From Candidatus Micrarchaeum sp. (GTDB lineage Archaea > Micrarchaeota > Micrarchaeia > CABMEP01): a DNA stretch of 64,000 nt. The notes under the pieces are model-generated. The model was not told where the DNA came from, made no database searches, and saw only the letters and a program-made list of their open reading frames with translations. The stretch is taken from contig DYJP01000003.1 in the NCBI GenBank assembly GCA_020723065.1, forward strand, positions 195-64,194, written 5' to 3'. The translations under genes and the position numbers were made by a program. Of this stretch, positions 55,165 through 62,838 are shown in pieces. Each line of letters opens with the position of its first letter. Position 1 is the stretch's first letter.

Positions 55165-55821
55165 TCACAAGGAAACTATTTCTCCGCTTTTTTTAAGGAC
55201 CGCCTTTTCACCCTCTACCGACAGGATCATATCGCAGGGAATCTGGAGTGCATACTCTGTTTCTATAGGGAACTGGCCCTTGAAGAAGTTGGTTATTATA
55301 GTGGTATCTGTCTCTTCCGCGATTACAGAAAGGAACCTTACGAATCTCAGGATGTGGTCGGTCGGGTTGAACGCCAGAAGGCCGTTTAGCGAATCTATAA
55401 ATGCTATATCGACAGTCTGGTCCGCAAAGATATCGTGAAGAAGCATAGAAAGTTCCACTAGGTTGTCCGGGTTGTCTATGTAAAATATCTTCATGCCTTT
55501 CTGCTCTTGTGGAATCGCAACCCCTTTAGTGACCATGTCTATGAATATCATCCTGTCGAAATGCTCTTCAATCCCGAAACCATAGTCCTTGAACTGATTG
55601 ATTGTTTTTTTGATTGTTTTATCTGTAGAAAACCAGACAAGCTTCCGATCTGGATGGCTGGAAAGGAATTCATAGGCAAGCTTGTATGACAGGCTCAAAT
55701 CGTCACTAAACGGATAGGAGGAAAAAAATACTAGCTGCTTCTTGATCTCAGAAAAAACAGATTTCTTTATACCTTTCTCGAAAAAAGACTGTTCATGCTT
55801 CTCCTTATTGTTGACCATCAT
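55165..55821 (-). CDS. KaiC/RecA-fold-like protein lacking a Walker A motif
   Basis: The layout resembles KaiC-type domains (beta-strand LVFFSS where the P-loop would be, Walker-B-like VDIAFIDSLNGLL, TTIITNF), but no GxxGxGK[ST] is present. This is a weak, pattern-level assignment. Confidence 0.35.
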   Translation of the reverse strand: MMVNNKEKHEQSFFEKGIKKSVFSEIKKQLVFFSSYPFSDDLSLSYKLAYEFLSSHPDRKLVWFSTDKTIKKTINQFKDYGFGIEEHFDRMIFIDMVTKGVAIPQEQKGMKIFYIDNPDNLVELSMLLHDIFADQTVDIAFIDSLNGLLAFNPTDHILRFVRFLSVIAEETDTTIITNFFKGQFPIETEYALQIPCDMILSVEGEKAVLKKSGEIVSL

Positions 55822-56136
55822 ACCACTATCTGAATTGGTAGCGCAAATTTAAAAATGTTGTAAAACGCGAAACTGCGCATAAGGTAAAATAAGCAAGGCA
55901 TAGCAATATAAACTCTGCTTTATTATAGTATTCAAAACAAAGTATGTAGGGTGAAATGAACTACTATTTCTTGAAGAACGTCAGGATGTGACGAAATAAA
56001 TTAAGGGAAAAGATTAGATGGACAGAACTTTATCTTAAATCTTTATTTGACCTTTATTCGTTGCGCTGGGACAAGTAAACCTGAAACAAAAGATGCAGAG
56101 TCATCCTGCTAAAGAAAGAATCGGAGTGTGAAATAC

Positions 56137-56397
56137 ATGGAAAACGAAGGAAGAGAAAGACGCGGTGGATTTGGACAAGGCAGAGGACGCTTTGGAGGCC
56201 GCGGAAATTTTGCGCCGAAGCCAGTTAAGGAAGGCGATGAAATAGACTTAACAATTGAAGCGGTCGGAGAAAAGGGAGACGGAATCGGGAAGATACAAGG
56301 TTTCGTAGTCTTCGTTCCGAATACATCTGCCGGTGAAACATGCAAAGTCAGAATCACGCAGGTTCGCGGAAAGAGCGCAGTCGGAGAAAAAATATAA
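56137..56397 (+). CDS. TRAM-domain RNA-binding protein with RGG-rich N-terminus
   Basis: RRGGFGQGRGRFGGRGNF, followed by the TRAM OB fold PVKEGDEIDLTIEAVGEKGDGIGKIQGFVVFVPNTSAGETCKVRITQVRGKSAVGE. Confidence 0.85.
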   Translation: MENEGRERRGGFGQGRGRFGGRGNFAPKPVKEGDEIDLTIEAVGEKGDGIGKIQGFVVFVPNTSAGETCKVRITQVRGKSAVGEKI

Positions 56398-56541
56398 ACG
56401 AGCTTATTTAAGATTTTATCTCTGGTAAATCTGATTTTTCAGCCACCGAAAAAACGGCGATCAGATTTTCTTTTTTTTATTTATACGAACTAAAACTACC
56501 TGGAACAAAATGTTTATATTTAACTTTTTTGTTAATAACTC

Positions 56542-57591
56542 ATGTATTTTGAACCCAACTTGAGCAAAAAGCGAAAAAACAGAAGAAGAGGACCAATATT
56601 CAACTTCGGCAAAATGCTAGAAACGAGTAACGAAATTCTCCATCAGATGAAGGTAACCAAGGGCCTGTACGAAATCTACGATATCACCGACACCCCTTCT
56701 CTTATAGGTTTCACGCTCAAGACTGTTGCTTACCTCCCAGTAATACTCTGGAAAACTAAGAACTTCGAAGAAATAAAGTCCAAAAGATTCTGGTACAAGA
56801 ATAGGGACAACCAGCCGGTCGAAGGCATAATGTACGGACCAAAAGGAAATAATCCTCTTCCGCTCATCGCATTCGACAGCGGATACCAGAGAGACCTGTT
56901 CAGCTTTTCAATAGTCGGCAAAGTAATCGCATCACTGGGATACAGGACGTTCAGCATCAGGTCCAAGAACGAACTCAAGGGGACTGAAGCGGACGACTAT
57001 ATGGATGCGATGGACTATCTGAGAACAAGTTATCCAGAAAAGGATTCAATCGGGAAAACATCCGCAATTATAGGCGTGAGCGGCGGCAACATCGTAGTCT
57101 ACAGGTCTTGCTCATCAAAGGATTTCGTGAAAAGACATTCAGTAAAATGCGCTATTTCAATCGCGCCTTTCGCAGACCTTGCCGAGCAATTCATGTACAT
57201 GAAGAAGATACTGAAGCAACAGAACATTCCGGACAACGTAAAGGGAGTTCTAGAAGAGTACAATGAATACGTAAAAAGCCTTGGTGTGAAAAGCACCACT
57301 TCCGACCCAAAGATGTTCGAGAACGGATCCCCAATAACATACTGCAAGGACATTATCGTAAAAATACTCAACATACACGGAATAAAGGACAAAATCGTTC
57401 CTGCATCTGGATCATTAAAGATACACAAAGAAATGAAAAAGAACGGCAAAGAAATAGAAACCATCCTTACACCTGGAGAAGGGATCCACGGAGATCTCAG
57501 CAAATGGAAGAAGGAACTCATCCCAACAATAGGACTCGGGGCGTCCTTGGTCTATGCATATACCTTTTTCAAGAAGCATCTGAAGAGTTAA
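56542..57591 (+). CDS. alpha/beta hydrolase (S9/dienelactone-hydrolase-like)
   Basis: Nucleophile elbow GVSGG, then HGIKDKIVP (Asp) and GIHGD (His) in canonical order. Confidence 0.65.
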   Translation: MYFEPNLSKKRKNRRRGPIFNFGKMLETSNEILHQMKVTKGLYEIYDITDTPSLIGFTLKTVAYLPVILWKTKNFEEIKSKRFWYKNRDNQPVEGIMYGPKGNNPLPLIAFDSGYQRDLFSFSIVGKVIASLGYRTFSIRSKNELKGTEADDYMDAMDYLRTSYPEKDSIGKTSAIIGVSGGNIVVYRSCSSKDFVKRHSVKCAISIAPFADLAEQFMYMKKILKQQNIPDNVKGVLEEYNEYVKSLGVKSTTSDPKMFENGSPITYCKDIIVKILNIHGIKDKIVPASGSLKIHKEMKKNGKEIETILTPGEGIHGDLSKWKKELIPTIGLGASLVYAYTFFKKHLKS

Positions 57592-57598
57592 AAAAGAA

Positions 57599-58585
57599 TC
57601 AGACTCTGACAGTCATCTGCACTGGTTCGTTTATTTTTGTTTGATATACAGCAGGAGTCAGCGAAGCTTCCCATTCCTTGTCTGTTTTTGCATTGTATCC
57701 CTTAGATTTGAGGAAGGAACTCATCACTCCGGCATGGCCGTAATGGCACACGATCTCCTTGGCTTTTGACTCTTCCACATACTTTAATATCTCGTAGAAT
57801 CCCGCATGATCGCTGAGAGGAAACGCCTGGTTCCTGTATTTATATCTGTTCGCCCACCCTGTCACAAGAGCGAATGAAACTCTCTTGTACTGTGCCTCGA
57901 ACCATTTTTCTGACTGTTGATTCACAAAATGAAACGGAACTACGTACACAAATTTCCCCTTCATCGCTTCGGTTGCCTCGTAAGTTCCGATTTCGAATCG
58001 CTTAAGCTTGATTCCGTGCTTGTCGTACACCTTGCATTTCTGCTCGATTGCGTGATCCACTACTGGAGTCACATCCGAATAATTGTTAAGAATGTGGATG
58101 AGCTCCTGAGCTTTCCCAGTTGAATACGCCCCAAATATAACATTCTGCCCTGTCATGAGGCGAGTCCTTGTCCACCTATCTATCCTGTCTGCAATCTCTT
58201 CCTTCTCAGGGAAATTGAAGTCCGGATGGCCGAAAGTGCAGTCTATATGAAGCTCATCGCATTCAATTATCTCGGCTTTTTCCGTTGTAAACCCGTCCCT
58301 CAACTTCATGTCTCCTGTATAGACCACAGTATGCCCATTCGTAAACCTGAGCTGAGTGGATCCCAATATGTGCCCCGCCGGAAACAGTTTGATGTTCTCA
58401 TCATTGACTCTTACTAAAGAAGTCTGCTTCTCGCTTCCAGCGGAAAGAAGATCAAAAGTCTCATGAGAAGAGAATATATTTCTGCCTCTGGCGTGGTCCG
58501 AATGAGCATGCGAAATGTACACTAGGTCCGCCCCTTTGGATACCTCTATACCCAATTTGCGACCGTCATTGAGGGTCAAATACAT
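57599..58585 (-). CDS. metallo-beta-lactamase-fold, beta-CASP-like nuclease
   Basis: VYISHAHSDHARG (HxHxDH), GHILGS, YTGD and a C-terminal LSDHAG...CHYGH. The start is uncertain; the ATG at 58585 is preferred over the hydrophobic 40-aa extension. Confidence 0.65.
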   Translation of the reverse strand: MYLTLNDGRKLGIEVSKGADLVYISHAHSDHARGRNIFSSHETFDLLSAGSEKQTSLVRVNDENIKLFPAGHILGSTQLRFTNGHTVVYTGDMKLRDGFTTEKAEIIECDELHIDCTFGHPDFNFPEKEEIADRIDRWTRTRLMTGQNVIFGAYSTGKAQELIHILNNYSDVTPVVDHAIEQKCKVYDKHGIKLKRFEIGTYEATEAMKGKFVYVVPFHFVNQQSEKWFEAQYKRVSFALVTGWANRYKYRNQAFPLSDHAGFYEILKYVEESKAKEIVCHYGHAGVMSSFLKSKGYNAKTDKEWEASLTPAVYQTKINEPVQMTVRV

Positions 58586-58767
58586 TAAATCTGCCTTGCC
58601 TGTACTGATTGATGCAGCACATCTGCCGATAATATATTGTAAAAACAAGTTTAAAAACATGAAGGTAGCCAGTATCTTGCAAAGTAGAATGACCGAATAT
58701 AACAATCAAAAGATATTTTAAATTTCACTATTATATTATATTAGCTATCTCTATTTTGGCGCTTCAG

Positions 58768-58842
58768 GGGCCGGTAGCTTAGCCAGGTTGGAGCGCTTGA
58801 CTGATAATCAAGAGGACGGGAGTTCAAATCTCCCCCGGCCCA
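58768..58842 (+). tRNA. tRNA-Ile (anticodon GAU)
   Basis: Hand-folded. GGGCCGG/CCGGCCC acceptor, anticodon stem CTTGA/TCAAG, loop CTGATAA, T arm GGGAG-TTCAAAT-CTCCC, discriminator A. Confidence 0.9.
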
Positions 58843-58843
58843 C

Positions 58844-58850
58844 TTTTTTT
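58844..58850 (+). terminator. T7 run directly after tRNA-Ile
   Basis: TTTTTTT starts 2 nt after the discriminator base, in the style of an archaeal oligo-T terminator. Confidence 0.5.
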
Positions 58851-58962
58851 ATATCAATAATAGATACAAAATATTCGGGAAAATAATTTAAATACATACT
58901 ATTAGTTGTGTTTTTATTTACTTAATGGAAATGTTTAAAAGTTTAAAGCACGTTGAATAATC

Positions 58963-59760
58963 ATGAATTTTAATTTCAACAATCAGGACCGCCAAATTAA
59001 CAAGAAACTGCTTTTCAAGCTTACTGATAAGGAAAGATTAATCTACGAAAAGCTCAAAAAGGAAGTCCTGACTGAAAAGATAGTAATACAAATAGGCCAG
59101 AAGTTCTCCGGCCTAGACTACAACAGCATCACCCCTGAAACAGTAAACACCACATTCAGGGAAATAAAGGCCAATTCAGTTATCTGGCAGAGAAAGATAG
59201 ACATATCGAACGACGTGCTGACTGCGATAAAAAAATCGGACGCAAACATGAAAATGCTGCTTAAAATATTTTTCGAAAACGAAAGCAAGAATACAATAAT
59301 AGAGCCGAACTGGTACGTAATAAACGTGTTGCATTCCACACTTGGAATAGACTTCATTTCATTGAACCAGAAAAAGGCGGCATGGCTCAATTCTCTTCCC
59401 TTGAAGCAGAGATACTCATCCGAATGGGAGCTTGTCGAGCCGCTTCTCTACATGCTTGAAACAGACGAAGGAAAGACGCTGATCGACCATCTTTACAAAT
59501 GCAAGACTAACATCTGCAGATGCAAAAAAGGGAAAAGGGGCCTCAATGCACTCATAGCAAAAACAGAAGAGCTTAGCAAGGAGCTTGAAGAACAGTATAA
59601 AATCTCCAATATAATGATAAAGGAGGATGCTAACTCTGTATCTAAATTTATAAGAAAAATAATGAATGTTTACCATGTCACCAATATGATCTACTACATT
59701 AACAAGAAAGAGAATCAACTGTCAGAACTGACAGAAACCCATGAAATAAAGGAAGGATAA
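58963..59760 (+). CDS. hypothetical protein (265 aa)
   Basis: AT-rich ORF, MNFNFNNQDRQINKK...CKTNICRCKKGKRG.... No family recognised. Confidence 0.5.
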   Translation: MNFNFNNQDRQINKKLLFKLTDKERLIYEKLKKEVLTEKIVIQIGQKFSGLDYNSITPETVNTTFREIKANSVIWQRKIDISNDVLTAIKKSDANMKMLLKIFFENESKNTIIEPNWYVINVLHSTLGIDFISLNQKKAAWLNSLPLKQRYSSEWELVEPLLYMLETDEGKTLIDHLYKCKTNICRCKKGKRGLNALIAKTEELSKELEEQYKISNIMIKEDANSVSKFIRKIMNVYHVTNMIYYINKKENQLSELTETHEIKEG

Positions 59761-59915
59761 AACATATCTCTGCTTTTCATAGAAAAAAACATACTGGTTT
59801 AAACTGATTGCGTTAGAAAAAGAGAATTGGGCGGGTAATCTGTGGGAGGTTGTGCCCCGCCCAGGAGTATAATAGGGTTAACGGTCAATTAACCCCTGTT
59901 TCGCCTCGCTTTACC

Positions 59916-60422
59916 TCAAAGTGCCTCGCTTGAATTTTGATTAGGATGAACGAAATAAATGACCTTTCCTGCCCTCTGCTTCACTAGATTACCTAATGAA
60001 GCTAGCTTGTTGAGCCTTGCGGATGCAGCGTTCCTTCCCTTGTAAGAGAATTCCTTCTGCACGGTCTCTGCGGAAGTCGGTCCGTGTTCCTTTATGTAGT
60101 TAATGATTTTCTGATCAATTGATGAGAGCAAAGGCGCTGGCGCTGCTTTGGAGGGCACAGTGCCAACGCTGCTGAACTTTTGTTCCATCTGCTTCAATCT
60201 ATCCTCTAGCTGGTCGAGCCTCGCATAGATATTCTTTAATAATCTGTTAGTGTTCTCTTTCTCCCTTACGGAAAGATACATGAGTGAGGCGTGGACGGTG
60301 GGGTCTCTGAGCTTGGAGATCTCTCTTTCAAGCGCTGCTATTTCCTCGTTTGCCTCTTTGTTGAAGTTAGCAACCTTGTACTCAAGGGTGTTTTCAATTT
60401 CCTTGTCGTTTGATGATCCCAT
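59916..60422 (-). CDS. coiled-coil plus C-terminal winged-helix (MarR/ArsR-like) DNA-binding protein
   Basis: The C-terminus IINYIKEHGPTSAETVQKEFSYKGRNAASARLNKLASLGNLVKQRAGKVIYF is wHTH-like. The ATG at 60422 follows AGTGGGAAC; the 43-aa upstream extension in the track looks non-coding. Confidence 0.55.
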   Translation of the reverse strand: MGSSNDKEIENTLEYKVANFNKEANEEIAALEREISKLRDPTVHASLMYLSVREKENTNRLLKNIYARLDQLEDRLKQMEQKFSSVGTVPSKAAPAPLLSSIDQKIINYIKEHGPTSAETVQKEFSYKGRNAASARLNKLASLGNLVKQRAGKVIYFVHPNQNSSEAL

Positions 60423-60553
60423 GTTCCCACTTGTTCTTGGATGGCGTCCTTGTCGAAGGTACATTCGACCGCATTTCCGCCTTGTCGCCCACACCGGAAG
60501 CTTTTTAAGCCCATATGAGCAATATACTACTTGTTTATCAATCAGACACATAT

Positions 60554-60590
60554 TGTGATTCTATCACATGTGTCATGATACTATCATGAC
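60554..60590. promoter_or_regulatory. two related palindromic operator-like sites (TGTGAT-TCT-ATCACA and GTCATGATA-C-TATCATGAC)
   Basis: Both share the core TGAT-N3-ATCA, with centres 20 bp apart. They lie immediately upstream of a TTTATAAA box (about 60598) in the divergent region between the wHTH gene and the UPF0175-like/PIN operon. Confidence 0.5.
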
Positions 60591-60639
60591 AGTTAATATT
60601 TATAAACCTTCTCTTTCTGTTTTACGTCGAAACTAATTT

Positions 60640-61311
60640 TTGACATGTTCTAATTGCTCAAACAAGTCGGATCCAATCATGTCTAGATTAAGTTATAAAC
60701 AACAAAATAAAAGAAAAGATTTAAAAAATCGGGAAATAAATAAGATTATGGCCAAAGATGTCAACGAAAAAAAAAGCGACAATAAGACAATAGAATGCAT
60801 AATCAACATACGAACGGCATTCCAAAAATATGAAATAAAGGATCTCAGAGACATAACTAAACAATGCGAAAAATATGTACTAGTAGATGAACAGCTTTTC
60901 TTTCATTCCGCACTTCTCGCATATATTCTTTCTAAAATACTTCAAAAATCAAGATACAGGACGCCCGACCTGTATCAAAAGGTAATAATCAAGTTAAATG
61001 AAGGGGTAGAATTCGCAAAGAAGAGCGATGAGATTTCTCTTCTTAGAACAATAGATGACCTGCTCACGTACATCACTGATTTTGATGAACATAACAAAAG
61101 ATATATTATAGGCCTAATTGAAAAAGGAAGAACCAAGATAGCGGCAAGTCTTTATGCACAGGGACTTTCATTAAGCAGAGTAATCTCAATCACGGGAGCG
61201 CAAAAGCAGGAAGTTCTCAATTATTCAGGAAAAACGGTGATGTCCGACAGAGTCGGAAAGACCATCGGAGCAAAGGAGAGGTTAAAAAATGCAAAGGAAA
61301 TCATCGAATAA
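60640..61311 (+). CDS. hypothetical protein with UPF0175-like C-terminal HTH (antitoxin-like)
   Basis: The C-terminal AASLYAQGLSLSRVISITGAQKQEVLNY resembles the UPF0175 LYxxGxLSLGxAAxxAG motif. It overlaps the PIN gene by 23 nt. The start is uncertain (TTG 60640, ATG 60679 or ATG 60748). Confidence 0.45.
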   Translation: MTCSNCSNKSDPIMSRLSYKQQNKRKDLKNREINKIMAKDVNEKKSDNKTIECIINIRTAFQKYEIKDLRDITKQCEKYVLVDEQLFFHSALLAYILSKILQKSRYRTPDLYQKVIIKLNEGVEFAKKSDEISLLRTIDDLLTYITDFDEHNKRYIIGLIEKGRTKIAASLYAQGLSLSRVISITGAQKQEVLNYSGKTVMSDRVGKTIGAKERLKNAKEIIE

Positions 61312-62038
61312 AATCCAGCCAAAAATCGGTAGTGAATTCAACTACGATACAGAATATATAGGAAAAAAGAAATTCGATCCGAGATCAGTAGTCTGCGATG
61401 CATCCTCTCTAATAGCACTTACAGACACGGGGCTCCTTGGGGCCCTCGTCATGATAGAGTCCAAGATGAAAGGAAACTTGCTGATAACCAAAGGCGTCAT
61501 AGACGAATCAGTCAACACCCCAATAAAAAGGCCCGAATATGCATTTTCTGCAATAAGGATAAAAAGGGCACTCAAATCCGGATTGTTCGAAATAATCGAC
61601 TACGACCTAAACACTTACGACAGGATACTTAGGGCCACCAACAACATGTTCTATACCGACCGGCCGTTTCATCTGGTGAATCATGGAGAAGCAGAGATGC
61701 TTGCGGCGGCACTCGACAATAGGATTAACTATGTACTAATGGACGAAAGGACCACTAGAATGCTCATAGAATCCCCGCTTGAACTAAAAAAACACCTTGA
61801 AAACGAATTCAGGATAAGGATAAATGTCAATCAGGAATTTTTTGACGACTTCAAGCGCCTGACTGATGGAATAAAAGTGATACGCAGCACCGAGATACTC
61901 GCAATAGCAAAAGAACACGGCTATTTCCACAAATTCCAAGATATGGAAAGAGAAGCCTACAAAGCCGCTCTTTATGCGCTGAAATTCAATGGCTGTTCCA
62001 TAAGCTACGAAGAAATAGAAGAGCTGGCAAAGCAATAA
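61289..62038 (+). CDS. PIN-like nuclease domain protein (DUF3368/COG2405-like)
   Basis: Acidic residues occur in PIN order: VVCDASSLIAL, HGEAEMLAAAL, LMDERTTR, then IRSTEILAIAKEHGYF. A strong AAGGAGAGGT SD lies upstream of the ATG. Confidence 0.55.
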   Translation: MQRKSSNKIQPKIGSEFNYDTEYIGKKKFDPRSVVCDASSLIALTDTGLLGALVMIESKMKGNLLITKGVIDESVNTPIKRPEYAFSAIRIKRALKSGLFEIIDYDLNTYDRILRATNNMFYTDRPFHLVNHGEAEMLAAALDNRINYVLMDERTTRMLIESPLELKKHLENEFRIRINVNQEFFDDFKRLTDGIKVIRSTEILAIAKEHGYFHKFQDMEREAYKAALYALKFNGCSISYEEIEELAKQ

Positions 62039-62117
62039 AATGACAGAAACCGGCTGGTGAATTGTTTCTAGATTCTCTTAAGGATTACCGGAAGGACGCA
62101 AGGGAAAAAATTAATAA

Positions 62118-62831
62118 ATGAGGCAACAGACTTATTCTATGACACCAGAAGCGGACAGAAGAATAGAGCAATCTTCAGTCAGGGAATTCTCGGGAGAAAA
62201 AAGAATCGAGATATACCTTGACAGCAGAGAGATAGCCGAACTCAAGGAAGAAATAGAAAAGCAAGGCGTAGTCGTGAACGTCAAGCAGCTTGATCTCGGA
62301 GATGCCTTGATATCCAACAAAATGATAATAGAACGAAAGACGACCAGCGATTTCGAATCAAGCATCATAGATGGAAGGTTGTTCGAGCAGGCGGGCAGGA
62401 TGTCCGAAAATTATGAAACTGCGATATTAATATTGGAAGGCCCAATGAGAGCGAACAGGATAAGGCAGAACGCATTCATGGGAGCCTACCTCTCCCTGAT
62501 TACTGATTTCGGACTGCACATTATAAACTCCAAAGATATGAATGAAACAGCGCATTATATCTATCTTCTTGCGAAAAGAGAACAAATTCAGGAGAAAAGG
62601 CCAATAAGACTTCTTGCGAAACGAAAAGCATACGACGAGACGAGTCTAAGGCTCAGGGTGATAGAATCATTTCCGCACATAGGCCCAACAACCGCAAAGA
62701 AGCTCATGGACCAATACGATACGCTTGAAAAAATATTTAATTCAGATATAAAGGAACTTGAAAGCGTGATAGGCAAGGCAAAAGCGAGGGAAATGCACTC
62801 CCTTATACACAAAAAAATCATGAAAAAATAG
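62118..62831 (+). CDS. xpf: short-form XPF/ERCC4-family endonuclease with (HhH)2
   Basis: The ERCC4 signature GDx(n)ERKx3D is present (LGDALISNKMIIERKTTSDF), with a C-terminal HhH (FPHIGPTTAKKLMDQY...). Confidence 0.8.
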   Translation: MRQQTYSMTPEADRRIEQSSVREFSGEKRIEIYLDSREIAELKEEIEKQGVVVNVKQLDLGDALISNKMIIERKTTSDFESSIIDGRLFEQAGRMSENYETAILILEGPMRANRIRQNAFMGAYLSLITDFGLHIINSKDMNETAHYIYLLAKREQIQEKRPIRLLAKRKAYDETSLRLRVIESFPHIGPTTAKKLMDQYDTLEKIFNSDIKELESVIGKAKAREMHSLIHKKIMKK

Positions 62832-62838
62832 TGAAAAG

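Noticed and set aside
59828-59863. Hairpin GGGCGGG...CCCGCCCA as a tRNA or tRNA fragment
   Set aside because: Only an acceptor-like stem is present. There are no D, anticodon or T arms, and the 20-nt loop has no T-loop consensus.
58843-62038. Calling the tRNA-Ile-adjacent block a mobile or integrated element
   Set aside because: There is no integrase, recombinase or transposase gene. I found no direct repeat of the tRNA-Ile 3' end (GGGAGTTCAAATCTCCCCCGGCCCA) downstream. GGGAGGTTGTGCCCCGCCCA at about 59845 is only loosely similar. It is kept as a low-confidence finding, not as a feature.
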